A stretch of 64,000 nt of DNA from Octopus vulgaris (lineage: Eukaryota): positions 81,716,001-81,780,000 of the forward strand of contig OX597831.1 in assembly GCA_951406725.2 (NCBI GenBank), read 5' to 3'. Below are positions 13,671 to 28,566 of the stretch, in pieces. The notes under the pieces are model-generated. The model did not search any database and was not told the DNA's origin. It saw only the letters and a list, made by a program, of their open reading frames with translations. The position numbers and the translations under genes are program-made. Each line of letters begins with the position of its first letter. Position 1 is the first letter of the stretch.

Positions 13671-13860
13671 GTATGTATGTATGTATGTATTTATGTATTT
13701 ATGTATACGACGTGTTTCCGTCTAACAAATTTACTCACAAGGCGCTAGTCGGTCCGGGTTACAATAAAAGACACTTGTCCAAGATGCCACACAATGGGAA
13801 CGAATCCAAGACCACAAGTCAGAGAATCAATCTTCTCAGCCACGCAGCCACGTCTGAGCC
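13362..13860 (-). mobile_element. SINE family A, diverged copy
   Basis: Homologous to 4326..4718. Confidence 0.8.
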
Positions 13861-13984
13861 AATAACGAAGAGGCGGAAGACGATCATAATTCGTTTCACT
13901 TGAGTCAATCTGTTTCTCCTTTCAGTTTACCAGATATCAAAGCCGCTACGTACATAGATATAAAAATACAGAAATACGCACGAG

Positions 13985-14033
<49 letters not shown>

Positions 14034-14263
14034 CACGCATACCTTCAGCTCGCTACTTCACCAAAACAGTACAGAAAGGAAACCCAAACACCAAACTGAG
14101 AGGTGGTGTTCCAGCATGGCCCTAGCCTTCGGCTGGAATCAGTTGAAAGATAAAACATGTGTGTGTGTGTGTGTGTATGACTCTATATGTGTGTGTGTAC
14201 GTGTATGTCTAAATATTCTTATATACACATAGGTATAAATAAATAAATAAATATATATATATA

Positions 14264-15518
14264 TTGGGTTGGCAACTAAGTTCCCACCGTTTTTTTAAAT
14301 TTAAATTTTTTAAAAGGTTTATTAAAAAATAACAACTAATTAATCAATATAATATATTCACTCTTGTTGTTTACAACTTCTTCGCAACGTTCAACAAGAT
14401 TTTCAATGCCTCGTCGGTAGAAATCACCCGATTTCGACTCGAAAAGTTGATCCAGCCAAGCTCTCAATTCTGCATCAGTACTGAACGAAACTACGCGCAA
14501 AGCATCTGAAAGAGATCAAAAGAGGTGGAAATCCGTTGGTGCCAAATCAAGAGAGTACGGTGGGTGTAGTAGCACTTCCCAGCTATGCGTTTGAATGGCT
14601 TTCTTGGTCATATTGACGATATGAGGGCTGGCGTTGTTGTGCAGCAGAAGAACTCCATGCTGACGATTAAGTCTTTTCTCTAGAATAGCCGTGTTGAGTC
14701 GTTCCATCAGTTGAACGTAGAGTTCCGCGTTGACCGTTTAGTTCCGTTCAAGCAATTCGTAATAGATAATCCCTTCCCGGTCCCATCATACGCACAACAT
14801 CGTTTTACGCGGATAAAGATCTTGTTTCAAGCGCGATGTCGCTCGTTTAACGGGGCTAAGCCATACCTTACGCTTCATATTGATATACAGACACCATTTT
14901 TCGTCGCCAGTAACGATTTGGTAAAGAAATCGTTGCTTGTGTCCATGAGTTGAGCGATGACGAGCAAGCAACCCAGCGAAGATTGTGGTTCGTTGATTTT
15001 TGCTGTTGTCACTTAAAACATGCGGAACCCATGCTCCAAACTTCTGAACCTTTCCCATCGAGTAAAGATGCTTCTCTATAGCAGTGTGGGAGCATTCCAT
15101 TTTCTCTGCCAGTTCCCCTGTCGTTTGACGCGAATTTTCGTGCAAAATTTGCTTTAATCGCTCTTCATCGAACTCAACTGGACAGCCAGAACAACGTGCG
15201 TCTTTGTGGTCAAAATTTCCATTTTTGAACTTCGCATACCAATCACGAGCGGTTCTTTCAGCTATGGCACCCTCTCTATACACAGCACAAATGTCGGGAG
15301 CAGCTTTTGCGGTCTTAGATCCTTGATTAAAAACAAAAAAAAAAGGAGGTGTCGAAAATTCTCGTTTTTCTTAACTTGACATTCCATTTTAATGATCTGA
15401 AAATAAACAAAATTTAATTAAAATTAACCAGAAAAAAAAAACAAAATAGATCCCAAAATTCAAAAACGCAATAAATTACAAAATTTAAAAAACGGCGGGA
15501 ACTTCGTTGCCAACACAA
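14264..15518 (-). mobile_element. Full-length mariner DNA transposon (mellifera-type TIRs), decayed
   Basis: TIRs TTGGGTTGGCAACTAAGTTCCCACCGTTTTTT and (reverse complement) TTGTGTTGGCAACGAAGTTCCCGCCGTTTTTT, TA on both flanks, 1255 bp. Confidence 0.95.
14340..15387 (-). pseudogene. Mariner transposase pseudogene
   Basis: MECQVKKNENFRHL start, WVPHVL, TGDEKW, HNNASPH (HDNA motif with D>N), YSLDLAPTD. Frameshifts and stops. Confidence 0.92.
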
Positions 15519-15571
15519 TATATAATGTATATATATACATATGCATACATACATGCATATTTATATTTACG

Positions 15572-15653
<82 letters not shown>

Positions 15654-15898
15654 CTTACTTAATAATTTCTATTTGACCCGTTCTAAGGAGGTACAAACCC
15701 ATCAATGATTCTTAGACTTTAATCAAATGCAGCGATGATGTCAAGCAGTGGGCGCTCTTTATGCAGCGTGATATTTCACCCAGTGGGTCTTCCATACTGA
15801 CAAATAAACTGACATTCGCTAAACGAGCCATTTTTCTTCCGAGAAACCTCCTACAACACTTTTCATTATTTCAAACAAACCCCAATATTTTATGCGGG

Positions 15899-16110
15899 TT
15901 CTTCTTCTTCTTCTTCTTCTTCTTCTTCTTCTTCTTCTTCTTCTTCTTCTTCTTCTTCTTCTTCTTCTTCTTCTTCTTCTTCTTCTTCTTCTTCTTCTTC
16001 TTCTTCTTCTTCTTCTTCTCCTTCTTCTTCCTCCTCCTCCTTCTTCTTCTTCTTCTTCTTCTTCTTCTTCTTCTTCTTCTTCTTCTTCTTCTTCTTCTTC
16101 TTCTTCTTCT
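15899..16110. repeat. (TTC)n microsatellite
   Basis: Seen directly. Confidence 0.97.
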
Positions 16111-16188
16111 TTCCTTCCTCTTACCATTACTCTTTGCCAACATCTATAATTGTTAGTTTCTCTTTACAATGATGTTGGTGTTGCTCTT

Positions 16189-16247
<59 letters not shown>

Positions 16248-16340
16248 TATTGCTGTTGTTGTTGTTGCTGTTATTACTGTAGTTTGTAAATGCTGTGCAC
16301 TGTTCGCAGTGTGTTGTTCTTCTTGCTAATGATGATGGCG

Positions 16341-16374
<34 letters not shown>

Positions 16375-16818
16375 CCATCATCGTCGTCGTCTTCCTGCCG
16401 CTGCAGTGCGTGTTGTTGCTGTTGTAGGTTTTGATGCCAGTTGCCACAGTCGGTGTTATGTTATAACTTATTATCAGCTTACCGCTGATTAAACAGACCT
16501 ACGTTCAAAGACCTTCCAGCGGTGACCATCCAGGCGCTGTCTTGTATGCAGAAAACACACAGCTGTATTGTTCACCGTATCCTTTTCAAAAGTGATATGG
16601 TGTGATGCGAGGAAGATTTTGCAGCTATTTTTAGCAGGTCTAGCAATAGTATAGATGCGTTCCTTCTCCAACACGTTGGTTCATGTGATTCTTTGCTGTG
16701 TCTGGCGTTGTTATTGTTGTTGTAGGTATTTCTATGTCACTATTACCCTAGTAAGCGCATCCCCTCTCGTTGCAAACGAGAGAGAAAGCGCTTGTACTAA
16801 AATATATGCATAGCCATG

Positions 16819-17036
<218 letters not shown>

Positions 17037-17170
17037 TAATGGCTGTTCTATAAAGAACGATGTTACTACATTTTGATCCCGGGAAAACGTCTTTCCAGCT
17101 GGTTAACGAGACACAACCTGTGTCCGATATATTGTAAGGGAGCGAATCACTACCCTCTAGCTTGGCAAGG

Positions 17171-17216
17171 CCAGTAGACCATGGTTTCTGGGTTTTTACT
17201 CTTCATCGAGTACTGG
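17171..17216 (-). ncRNA. Minimal type I hammerhead ribozyme motif (1-nt core insertion)
   Basis: Minus strand: CCAGTA CT(C)GATGA a GAGT aaaa ACCC a GAAAC CATG GTC TACTGG. Perfect 6-bp stem I, palindromic stem III loop. Confidence 0.7.
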
Positions 17217-17745
17217 ATACATACCTGTTAGAAATGGCAGTCAAATCGTCCCTACTCACAATATATAAACAGAGAAGTGGCAGACAGTTGCTGATCTCGT
17301 AACGAGCAAAATAGCTGGTTCTAAAATCTCTAAACGAGATATAAGTAGTAACAATACTAGACGTTAACGCTTTTTTTTGCCCCTATAACATGGCTGTTCT
17401 ATTAAAAAACCATGTTACTACATGTTGACCCAAGGAAATGTAGATACATGTTTCTTTCAAGAACAGCAGTAGGTTAGTAGGTAGGTAAGTAGGTAGGTCT
17501 GTCTATGATTGTATGTATGTGCATAGTAAATACAAGAATAGACGTAATGATTGATATTTATTCCTTCATTACGATCATTTCAATAACACATGGGTCAAGC
17601 ACATTATGAAAATAAATGATTGTGTAATATTACAAGATATTACACGTGATCGATGTCCATCACGTTAGACAAATGCCAATAGGAATACCCTAACCCTTCT
17701 GTGCACCCATTCGCTGGTGTTGGCACGAGTGCTGGCAATGGAATT

Positions 17746-17776
<31 letters not shown>

Positions 17777-17780
17777 TACA

Positions 17781-18029
17781 CATCGTTGTTACACATCGCT
17801 GGTCATAATGCGTTCGCATTGTTTTAGCCTTCGAATGACGCCACCCCGCTGGCTAAGTGAGCAGGCCAACAGAAGAAAGAGTGGTGAAAGCGTACAGCAG
17901 GGATCACCACCCCCTGCCGGAGCCTCGTGGAGCTTTTAGGTGTTTTCGCTCAATAAGCACTCACAACGCCCGGTCTGGGAATCGAAACCGCGATCCTGCG
18001 ACCGCGAGTCCGCTGCCCTAACCACTAGG

Positions 18030-18030
<1 letters not shown>
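17781..18030 (-). mobile_element. tRNA-derived SINE family C
   Basis: Minus-strand head GCCTAGTGGTTAGGGCAGCGGACTCGCGGTCGCAGGATCGCGGTTTCGATTCCC with A and B boxes; lies between microsatellites. Confidence 0.75.
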
Positions 18031-18101
<71 letters not shown>

Positions 18102-18883
18102 GTACAATAAATTCAGGGTAAATACTTGATAAATGTAAGCACCTGTATATGCCAGCTAGTAGCATAGGTGATATGATATATGTATCAAATGAAATAAATG
18201 AAAAACAGGACGCAAAGGATGTTGCGGTACATATGTTTCGAGCTTTATAGAACAACTTATTCTTACATCAATGCATAATCGATATAACAGCCGCGTGCAA
18301 TTGCTACACCAAAGACTTGTATCACATTATAAAAGGTTTGAGAAGAAACATTTGGTATTGTTTGTAATGGTAGGTAAACCGAGTATAATTGGGAAAGTAT
18401 GTTTGTAAATCTTCATAGGCGTCCTTGGTATTATTAGACTCCAAAACAAATCGTCCATACCGTCTTTTCACTCCGAGTGAAAAAACGGTATATAGTAATT
18501 CTATATGACTTTAGTAGTTCATACAATGGCCGTTCTGATCCCTGTTCATCCTCCAGTTAAATTCTCCACTCGCATTTTGTACTGAGTTCTACATAAGAAA
18601 GCGGTCAACTCCGATTGAACCAAATTTAGAAGTGTAGACCTCACATGTATGAGTATATATATAAATATATACATACATATACACATACATGCACTCACAT
18701 GCACGAACATACACACACACACACAAACACATATATATACACACTCACACGCAAATATATGCATACTTATATATATGTATATACTTTCGCATATATATGT
18801 ATATGTATATACATTCATATATATATATATGTGTGTGTATGTGTGTGTGCCGATATGTATATGCACACACACGTGCATAAGCG

Positions 18884-18953
<70 letters not shown>

Positions 18954-18959
18954 TATATG

Positions 18960-18998
<39 letters not shown>

Positions 18999-21900
18999 TC
19001 ATATATGTATGTATATATATATACACACACGTGTGCATTAGCATATATATATGTATATATATACATATATATATGTATATATATTTACATATATGTATAT
19101 GAACGTATACTATACGTTTGTAATTTTCTATACTTCTCCTAGTCATACACACACACACACATATAATATACATACACAATACATGTAAACATGCATGTAT
19201 ATATATACATGTATGTGTGTATGTATATGTTTCCTCATATACACGTCCATACACACATATCTACAGACACACACACACATATTTACTGGTGGGTTTTCTT
19301 GTTTTTATCGATATATTTTTTAGTGATTATATGTACCTGTATTTGTATGTATGTTTGTGTTGTGTGTGTGTGTGTGTGTGTTTCGTATATCAAATCACTG
19401 GGGTGTAGATTAATAGATTATATTTCAAATCATCGCTCTAGATTAATAGATTGGCAGATTAAGGGATGATAAGGTAGGCTTGTCATCAGATTGGGTTGAC
19501 AAGTCGGATCTTATTTCACATCTGCGAGAGAACTTAATGTTCACCCTCGCGCCCTCTTTCCTTTACTCACACAAATTATATCGCCATTTACTCTATTGAT
19601 TCGTAACCTAGCTCCAACACCTGAAATTGCTCCATCGTTGGGGGCGGGGCAGTGAGGATTCTTCGGTTGTTAATAATATTTAGTCTCAGGTCAGCATTGA
19701 TAGACAAGATAGACCTTGGATACTAGGCTATTCCATCCATGGCAACACCGACTGTTCTTCTGGAAAAGTGTCCTGAATAACTTTATTCCAGTGTGATGGT
19801 TTATAAAATGTTAAGTTACAGTTTGAGGGAGATTTAGCTACTATTTCGAGCAAGTTGAATGACTCTGGAGAACATAGAGAAAAGAATGCTTCGTGAACGA
19901 CTTTAACACTCTTAGTATACAGAATCTTACATTTTAAGATATACAATATGGGGTGGTGGTCACCTTAGTAATGCATTTATTAATACGTCTATTCGGTCAT
20001 AGCTACAAACAACATACTTTACAGCCCATGCCAACAGCGGGAGGCCCTGATTTGGTCTCTCGGTCTGCTAAATATAGCAGGTCTTATTGTTTTTGTTAAG
20101 ACATAGAACACATTGGATGATATATTCCAAGATACACAATGGCTGAATGAAACAAAGAATGGTTACGGCTGAAATACGTATCAGCATGGGTCATTCCATT
20201 CAAATTTGATTCAGAGTTAACCAGTAACAGTAACAGCAACAACAACAGCCGCAACAATAAAAGCAACACAAACAGTCTCTACCAAACACAGAACATAGCA
20301 GATCCCAAGTCCCCTATATTTTAGAAAAGGGCCAATGTGAGCCATATTGTTTATTTTTGCCCTTCTCGAAGTGGTTGTGCAATAAAACGTAAATTATGTA
20401 GTCGGGTTTCGAATTTCATCAACCCTCGTCCAATTTGGCACCATCTTCTGGTCTTTTGTACCATTATGTTGTAAGCATTTGGACCGAGTCTTTGGTTTGG
20501 GGCTAATTTTCTTCCTGCACTCCCACCAAAGATGGAGACCCAGAAAAGGTATCATTTTCCCTCTTAGTAAACCATTAAAAAATAGAGCTAAGCGACGTAA
20601 ACCAAAGTCAGACTCGATTCGAGACCGCATTGTTCTCTCCAATAAAAAATAAATATCTCTTACTCAACGTTAATCAACAATCTTTAAGACGAAGATTAAA
20701 GACTAATTTCATGATTGTCTTTCTGTCATCCCGTACTGATGCCTTTGTTTTTAGTTCTTCGTCCCCGAATTAGATAACAACAAAGATATTAATATCTGAA
20801 ATAGAAAGTTGTTGTCAAGACATAAACGATGACATCGGGCGACATCTTCGACTTTTTAATCTTATTCTTGTGTCAACAGAATATATCCCCCTACCTAACC
20901 ACACTTACTCTCCTCCCAACGCATCAACTACTCAAGGAAAAACAATTATAACAGCGAAAATGCTTTCTCGAATATTCCATGCGTGAATGGAAACACACGA
21001 GGAGTTTAGATGAAAGGCTGCCGACCTACAAACCAAACGATATACATTTCGTGCCCAACCAGTTGCTAACCAAGATACACGATCCTCATGATCTATCATT
21101 ATTTCACTTGTCCTTCTAAACTTAGCTACCACGTGAAGGCGGATTGTTGTTGTTGTTGTTTTCTTCTTCTTCTTCTTCTTCTTCTTCTTCTTCTTCTTCT
21201 TCTTCTTCTTCTTCGCTCTGTAGCCAAAAGCATTTCCGCTATGATTATGATTTGAGCAAGATTTAGCAACTATTTCTAGCGAGTTGAACGACCATACAGT
21301 GGCTTCTTTGACGGATAACTTAATGCAGTAATCAGCAACGTCCATTGCGTGTTAGCCATGCAGTAGTTACTACCTAACCACAAGCCCTAGGTATTTTAGA
21401 CGGGATAAACTGGGACAATCTGATATTAGGGCCTTCCTCGAAGACATCAGCCCTTTCACCTTTAAAACAATTATCTTAAATTCCGTTTCCAATCGCCAAA
21501 CTTATGACTTACTATGCGAAGACTTTTGAGTTGAAAATAAGGACAAAGCGTTTATCGTGATTGTGGAGTTCACAGTCAGGAATGACCAAGTTGTTTGATA
21601 AGAAGAACTACATTTGAAGTCTTTTAAAGTTCAAAAGCTGAAGCCAATATTTTCAAAATTGTGCATTGTAAAAAAACTTTAAGCAATGCAGGTGAAAATT
21701 TAAACAGAATATGTAAGGTAATGTTTATAGAGAAGATATTATATTACATTATATAGGTTGTTTAATGCTTTTATGATATTTCGGAAAAGATGCTTCTTAC
21801 CAAATATAAGAAATTTGAAACTATATTTCGAAATATGGAAATAAACTATTTAAAAATTCTGCACGCTATACTAAATTGATTAATCTCAACCCATTAAAAT

Positions 21901-22011
21901 CTTACGATGTTTTTCCATTTCTGCAGTTAATACTTTAAAATTCGACTGGGAAATGTGAAACTTGAAGTTACGATGTATTTTCACTAACAGACTAAACCAT
22001 TATTGGAATAT

Positions 22012-22397
22012 ATACTCTTTTACTCTCTTTTACTCTTTTACTTGTTTCAGTCATTTGACTGTGGCCATGCTGGAGCACCGCCTTTAGCCGAGCAAATCGA
22101 CCCCAGGACTTATTCTCTGTAAGCCTAGCATTTATTCTGTCGGTCTCTTTTGCCGAACCGCTAAGTTACGGGGACGTAAACACACCAGCATCGGTTGTCA
22201 AGCGATGCTGGGGAGACAATCACAGACACACAAACATATACTCACGCATATATATATATATATATATATACAATTGCTGTGTTTTTTACTGAGATCTCCC
22301 TTTTTAGTAGAAGAAATAGCTATAACTCTTTGACTGCTATTTCTAAATTCGGTCTGTGGTAAGGCAATTCGTTGCTAAACCCTTTATTGCTTAGTAT

Positions 22398-22450
<53 letters not shown>

Positions 22451-22614
22451 TACAACGGGATTTTTCAGTTTCCGTCTACCAAATCCACTCACAAGGCTTT
22501 GGTCGGCCCGAGGCTGTAGTAGAAGACACTTGCCCAAGGTGCCACGCAGTGGGAATGAACCCGGAACCATGTGGTTGGTAAGCAAGTTATATACCACAAA
22601 GTCACTCTTGCGCC
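22012..22614 (-). mobile_element. SINE family A with ~130-bp extra sequence in its internal TA tract
   Basis: Homologous to 4326..4718; tail is (TACTCTTT)n. Confidence 0.88.
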
Positions 22615-22628
22615 TATATATATAGGCG

Positions 22629-22684
<56 letters not shown>

Positions 22685-22891
22685 AAATGAGAAAATGGAG
22701 AAATATATCTAAATCAATCATCAACCATCTGATAATACCCAATCAATACTTTATTAAACCATTACACAATAGCAATGATATTATACATTAATATAGTACA
22801 AATATAACAAGACATAGAAATAGAAATAGAAATACATTTACATTGTAGCTGACAGCTGTTTCGGCCGTGAAGACAGGTATGTCCCATTTAA

Positions 22892-22956
<65 letters not shown>

Positions 22957-22984
22957 CTTAGAAAATTTAGATTGGTTTCAGCTA

Positions 22985-23322
22985 TTATCGGCCCAGGCCA
23001 TGACTAAGTCAATAGCACCACCTGGAAAAGTCTTTTAGTTAATTATTTCGGGACACCATGGGCCACTCAAGCAGAGAGTTGTTGTTGTTGTTGATTGAAA
23101 CGTATCCAGGTGTAGGTGGTTTATCCGGTATTTCCTGGAAGAATTTGTCCATGTACAGTTTCAAAGTTGTGGGGTCTTTTTCTACTTTAATTTCTTTCGG
23201 GATAACACTGAAAAGAGCAGGACTATCTGCAGTGAAGAAATTGTGTCGCAATGTTCTTATGTGATGTGACCTCGACCTTTGTAGGGAACGCATTGCACGG
23301 GGGCCTAGTCTTGGATGAAATG
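22985..23322 (-). mobile_element. 3' fragment of a CR1/L2-like LINE (ORF2 C-terminus + short UTR)
   Basis: HNFFTADSPALFSVIPKEIK...MDKFFQEIPDKPPTPGY...NSLLEW resembles a typical LINE ORF2 C-terminus. Clade assignment uncertain. Confidence 0.65.
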
Positions 23323-23324
23323 GA

Positions 23325-23366
<42 letters not shown>

Positions 23367-23552
23367 ATGTGATATATCTGTATATATACCTCTATATATA
23401 TACACATATTTATGTTTATATATAACACGTATTATATATATATATGTGTGTGTGTGTGTATGTGTATGTGTGTGTGTGTGTGTATACATATATATGCATA
23501 TATATACATATATACATCATACATGTTATATATACAAATAAGTATGTGTGCG

Positions 23553-23592
<40 letters not shown>

Positions 23593-24036
23593 TATTTTTA
23601 AAAACCTTAGGGAATAATAATTATTCCAGGTTATCAGGATATTTACTATTTTACACTTTACTAAAGCAAAGCAAACAGTATTAATTATAATATTATTATT
23701 ACAAATTTGGGATTTTACCAATACGACCACAACTTCAATTTCAGGACAACCTTATTTTCTGGAGTACACACAGAAAATTATATTCAAAATACTAATCTAA
23801 TAATATAAGCATTTTAAAGCCTGCTATAACATACAATAAGAATAAAGTACATTAGAATTAATTATAAATTATTTAAACATATGTTTAAAATATATATATA
23901 CCTTACTTGTTATTAGTCTGTGGGGAAAGAAGATAATATTAATCAACGCTACACGTGTTTTAGCGCTGGTGATTTGTTTTACCAAGCTATACGTAATAGA
24001 TAAATCCACCAAAACAATATATATATATTACAATAG

Positions 24037-24112
<76 letters not shown>

Positions 24113-24735
24113 CGAGAGAGAAAGAGTGATAAACATAAAGAAACCCTCATCAACTATTTTATAAACACATCAAATTAAACTACCTATCTATATACATTTT
24201 ACGGGAATTGATAATTTATTGTCAAATTTACCCCTATCAATACTAGTATATATTACCATTATTATGACAAACGTAAGTTGGTAATATTTAAACAGTAAAA
24301 AAAACTCTATATATGTTATAAATTCATTGAATAAAACTAGTAAATGAACTATTTACCATAATTAACAAAGGAAGAATACGTATCTGCATGTTTACTCCTG
24401 TGCAAATGGCTGCACCTTCTGTCTTGCACTAAGTATTACGGGAAACAAATACACAACTGTAAAAAAATTCTTTGAGACTAATATCATTTGAGAGGTTGAA
24501 TAGATAATAGTTAGCGCAGGACAGAAGGTGCAGCCATCTTCAAAAATAAAATTATGTCTTTACATATGACGTAATCTATATAACATCCAGCGTTTCTGGA
24601 TTACCTTATAAATATATCTATAAGTATATATAAATATATATATATAAGTATATATACAGACATATGCATATATTTATTAGGATATATGCCCCAGCACTCA
24701 TTTCTATCGTTCGACATTTACGTATATACATTATA

Positions 24736-24774
<39 letters not shown>

Positions 24775-24776
<2 letters not shown>

Positions 24777-25451
24777 CGCAGGAGTGGCTGTGTGGTAAGT
24801 ATCTTGCTTACCAACCACGTGGCTCCGGATTCAGTCCCACTCCGTAGCACCTTGGGCAAGTGTCTTCTACTATAGCCTTGAGTGAATTTGGTAGACGAAA
24901 ACTGAAAGAAGCCAGTCGTATATATACATACATACATATATATATATATGTATATATATATACGACATCCTCGAGTTGCTTATTTTTTCTTGTGTTTTTT
25001 TCTTCGTTTTGTTTGGATTAATTATATGTATATATATACGCGAGGATGTCGTATATGCAAAGAGTATTAGCAGACGCTCAGGGAAGGAAAGAAAGGTAGT
25101 TTTACGTTTCGAGCAAAGCTCTTCATCAGAAAAAGGAGACAGAAGAAAGTCCAAGCGAAAAGGAAGACGGAGGGGAAAAATCGCCAACGGTCCGCATGTG
25201 GTTACATTTTGCCCCCCTCTCATATACATACATATATGTTTGTGTGTTTCTGTCTGTACCCCCCCCCCTACATCGCTCGACAACCGATCTTTGTGTGTTT
25301 ACATCCCCGTAACTTAGCGGTTCGGCAAAAGAGACCGAAAGCGTAAGTACAAGACTTACAAAGAATAAGTTCTGGGCCAATTTGTTCGACTAAAGGCGGT
25401 GCTCCAGCAGGGCTGCATGGAAATGACTGAAACAAATAAAACAATAAAAGA
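24775..25451 (+). mobile_element. SINE family A carrying a nested Penelope pLTR fragment
   Basis: Head GGCGCAGGAGTGGCTGTGTGGTAAG. Body interrupted at ~24961..25215. Confidence 0.88.
25099..25133 (-). ncRNA. Minimal PLE-type hammerhead motif, intact core
   Basis: Minus strand: TTT CTGATGA a GAGC ttt GCTC GAAA CG TA AAA. Confidence 0.8.
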
Positions 25452-25722
25452 ATATATATATATATATATATATATTTATAAATTGAATTAGAGATAAAAC
25501 CACTATTAGGCAAATCAAACAGTGAAAAGCATAAACCAAAACATAGAAATAAAATTAATTAATATAATATACACAATATATAAAATATAAAATTCAAAAG
25601 TTAAAATTATTTAAATTTAAAGTTAAAAATTAAAAATTATTAATTTATATATATATATTTATATATATATATATATAATATATATATATAATATATAATA
25701 TATATAATATATATATATAATT

Positions 25723-27622
<1,900 letters not shown>

Positions 27623-28495
27623 TAAATAATGACTATATCTAAACCCTATTTTGTTCCTAATTTGTAGATTTATGTATTAGTATTAATCTAAAATTTAGTA
27701 TGTGATTTATAATATTTATTACATGAATTTATATGTTGTATTAAATAATGTAATATTCTAATAATTTTATAAATATATTACTTTATAGTAGTGTAGTGTT
27801 TCCAATTCTTTATGAGGTTTTGTGTTAGTCTATTATAGTTATCAAAGGTTCTTTATTTACTTAAAGTTCGATTATATTTAGTTGTTTATTTCATTACTAT
27901 ATATTTAATGGTTTTATTGAATATAGATTTAGGAAGGTTTTAATTTTGAATGTATAGGACAATTTTCTTTTCTTTATGTGAAATTTTTTATAATGATAAT
28001 TTATTCAATTATAGAACAATGTATTTGATCTATCGATAAATTAATTTACCTATTTAATTAGGTTAATTTAATATTGATTAGTATTTATTTTGAGTATTAA
28101 TAATATGATATATAATATGAATATATATTTATCTGATACTAGAGTTAAGTTTATATTTTGTTATATTTTTGTTATAAATTTGTTAAATTAATTTTATGTA
28201 TGTATTTCTTTATATTTGAAGTAGATTTATTTAGATGTTTATTTAATCAATTTTAATTAATATAGACGTATAGATTAGTAAGATAGAATAAATGGATAAA
28301 ACGAAATGTTTACCTGTATGTTTGTATGGAAGTATGAATATAGGTATTTATATACGTATGTATTCATATAATATATGCGTATATGTGAGTATGTATGTGT
28401 ATATATATGTATATGTATATGTACGTATATATATATATATATATATGTGTGTATGTATGTATATATATATATGTATATGTATGTATTGTGTATTG

Positions 28496-28566
<71 letters not shown>

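Noticed and set aside
16489-16674. 61-aa non-repetitive ORF
   Set aside because: No recognisable motif or clear splice context; may be a TE remnant.
17975-18030. tRNA gene (also ~39930..39995)
   Set aside because: SINE heads: A/B boxes present but no complete cloverleaf, followed by SINE body.
20143-20185. CTGAATGA...GAAATACGTATC
   Set aside because: No stem I or II pairing; sits in an old dispersed repeat fragment.
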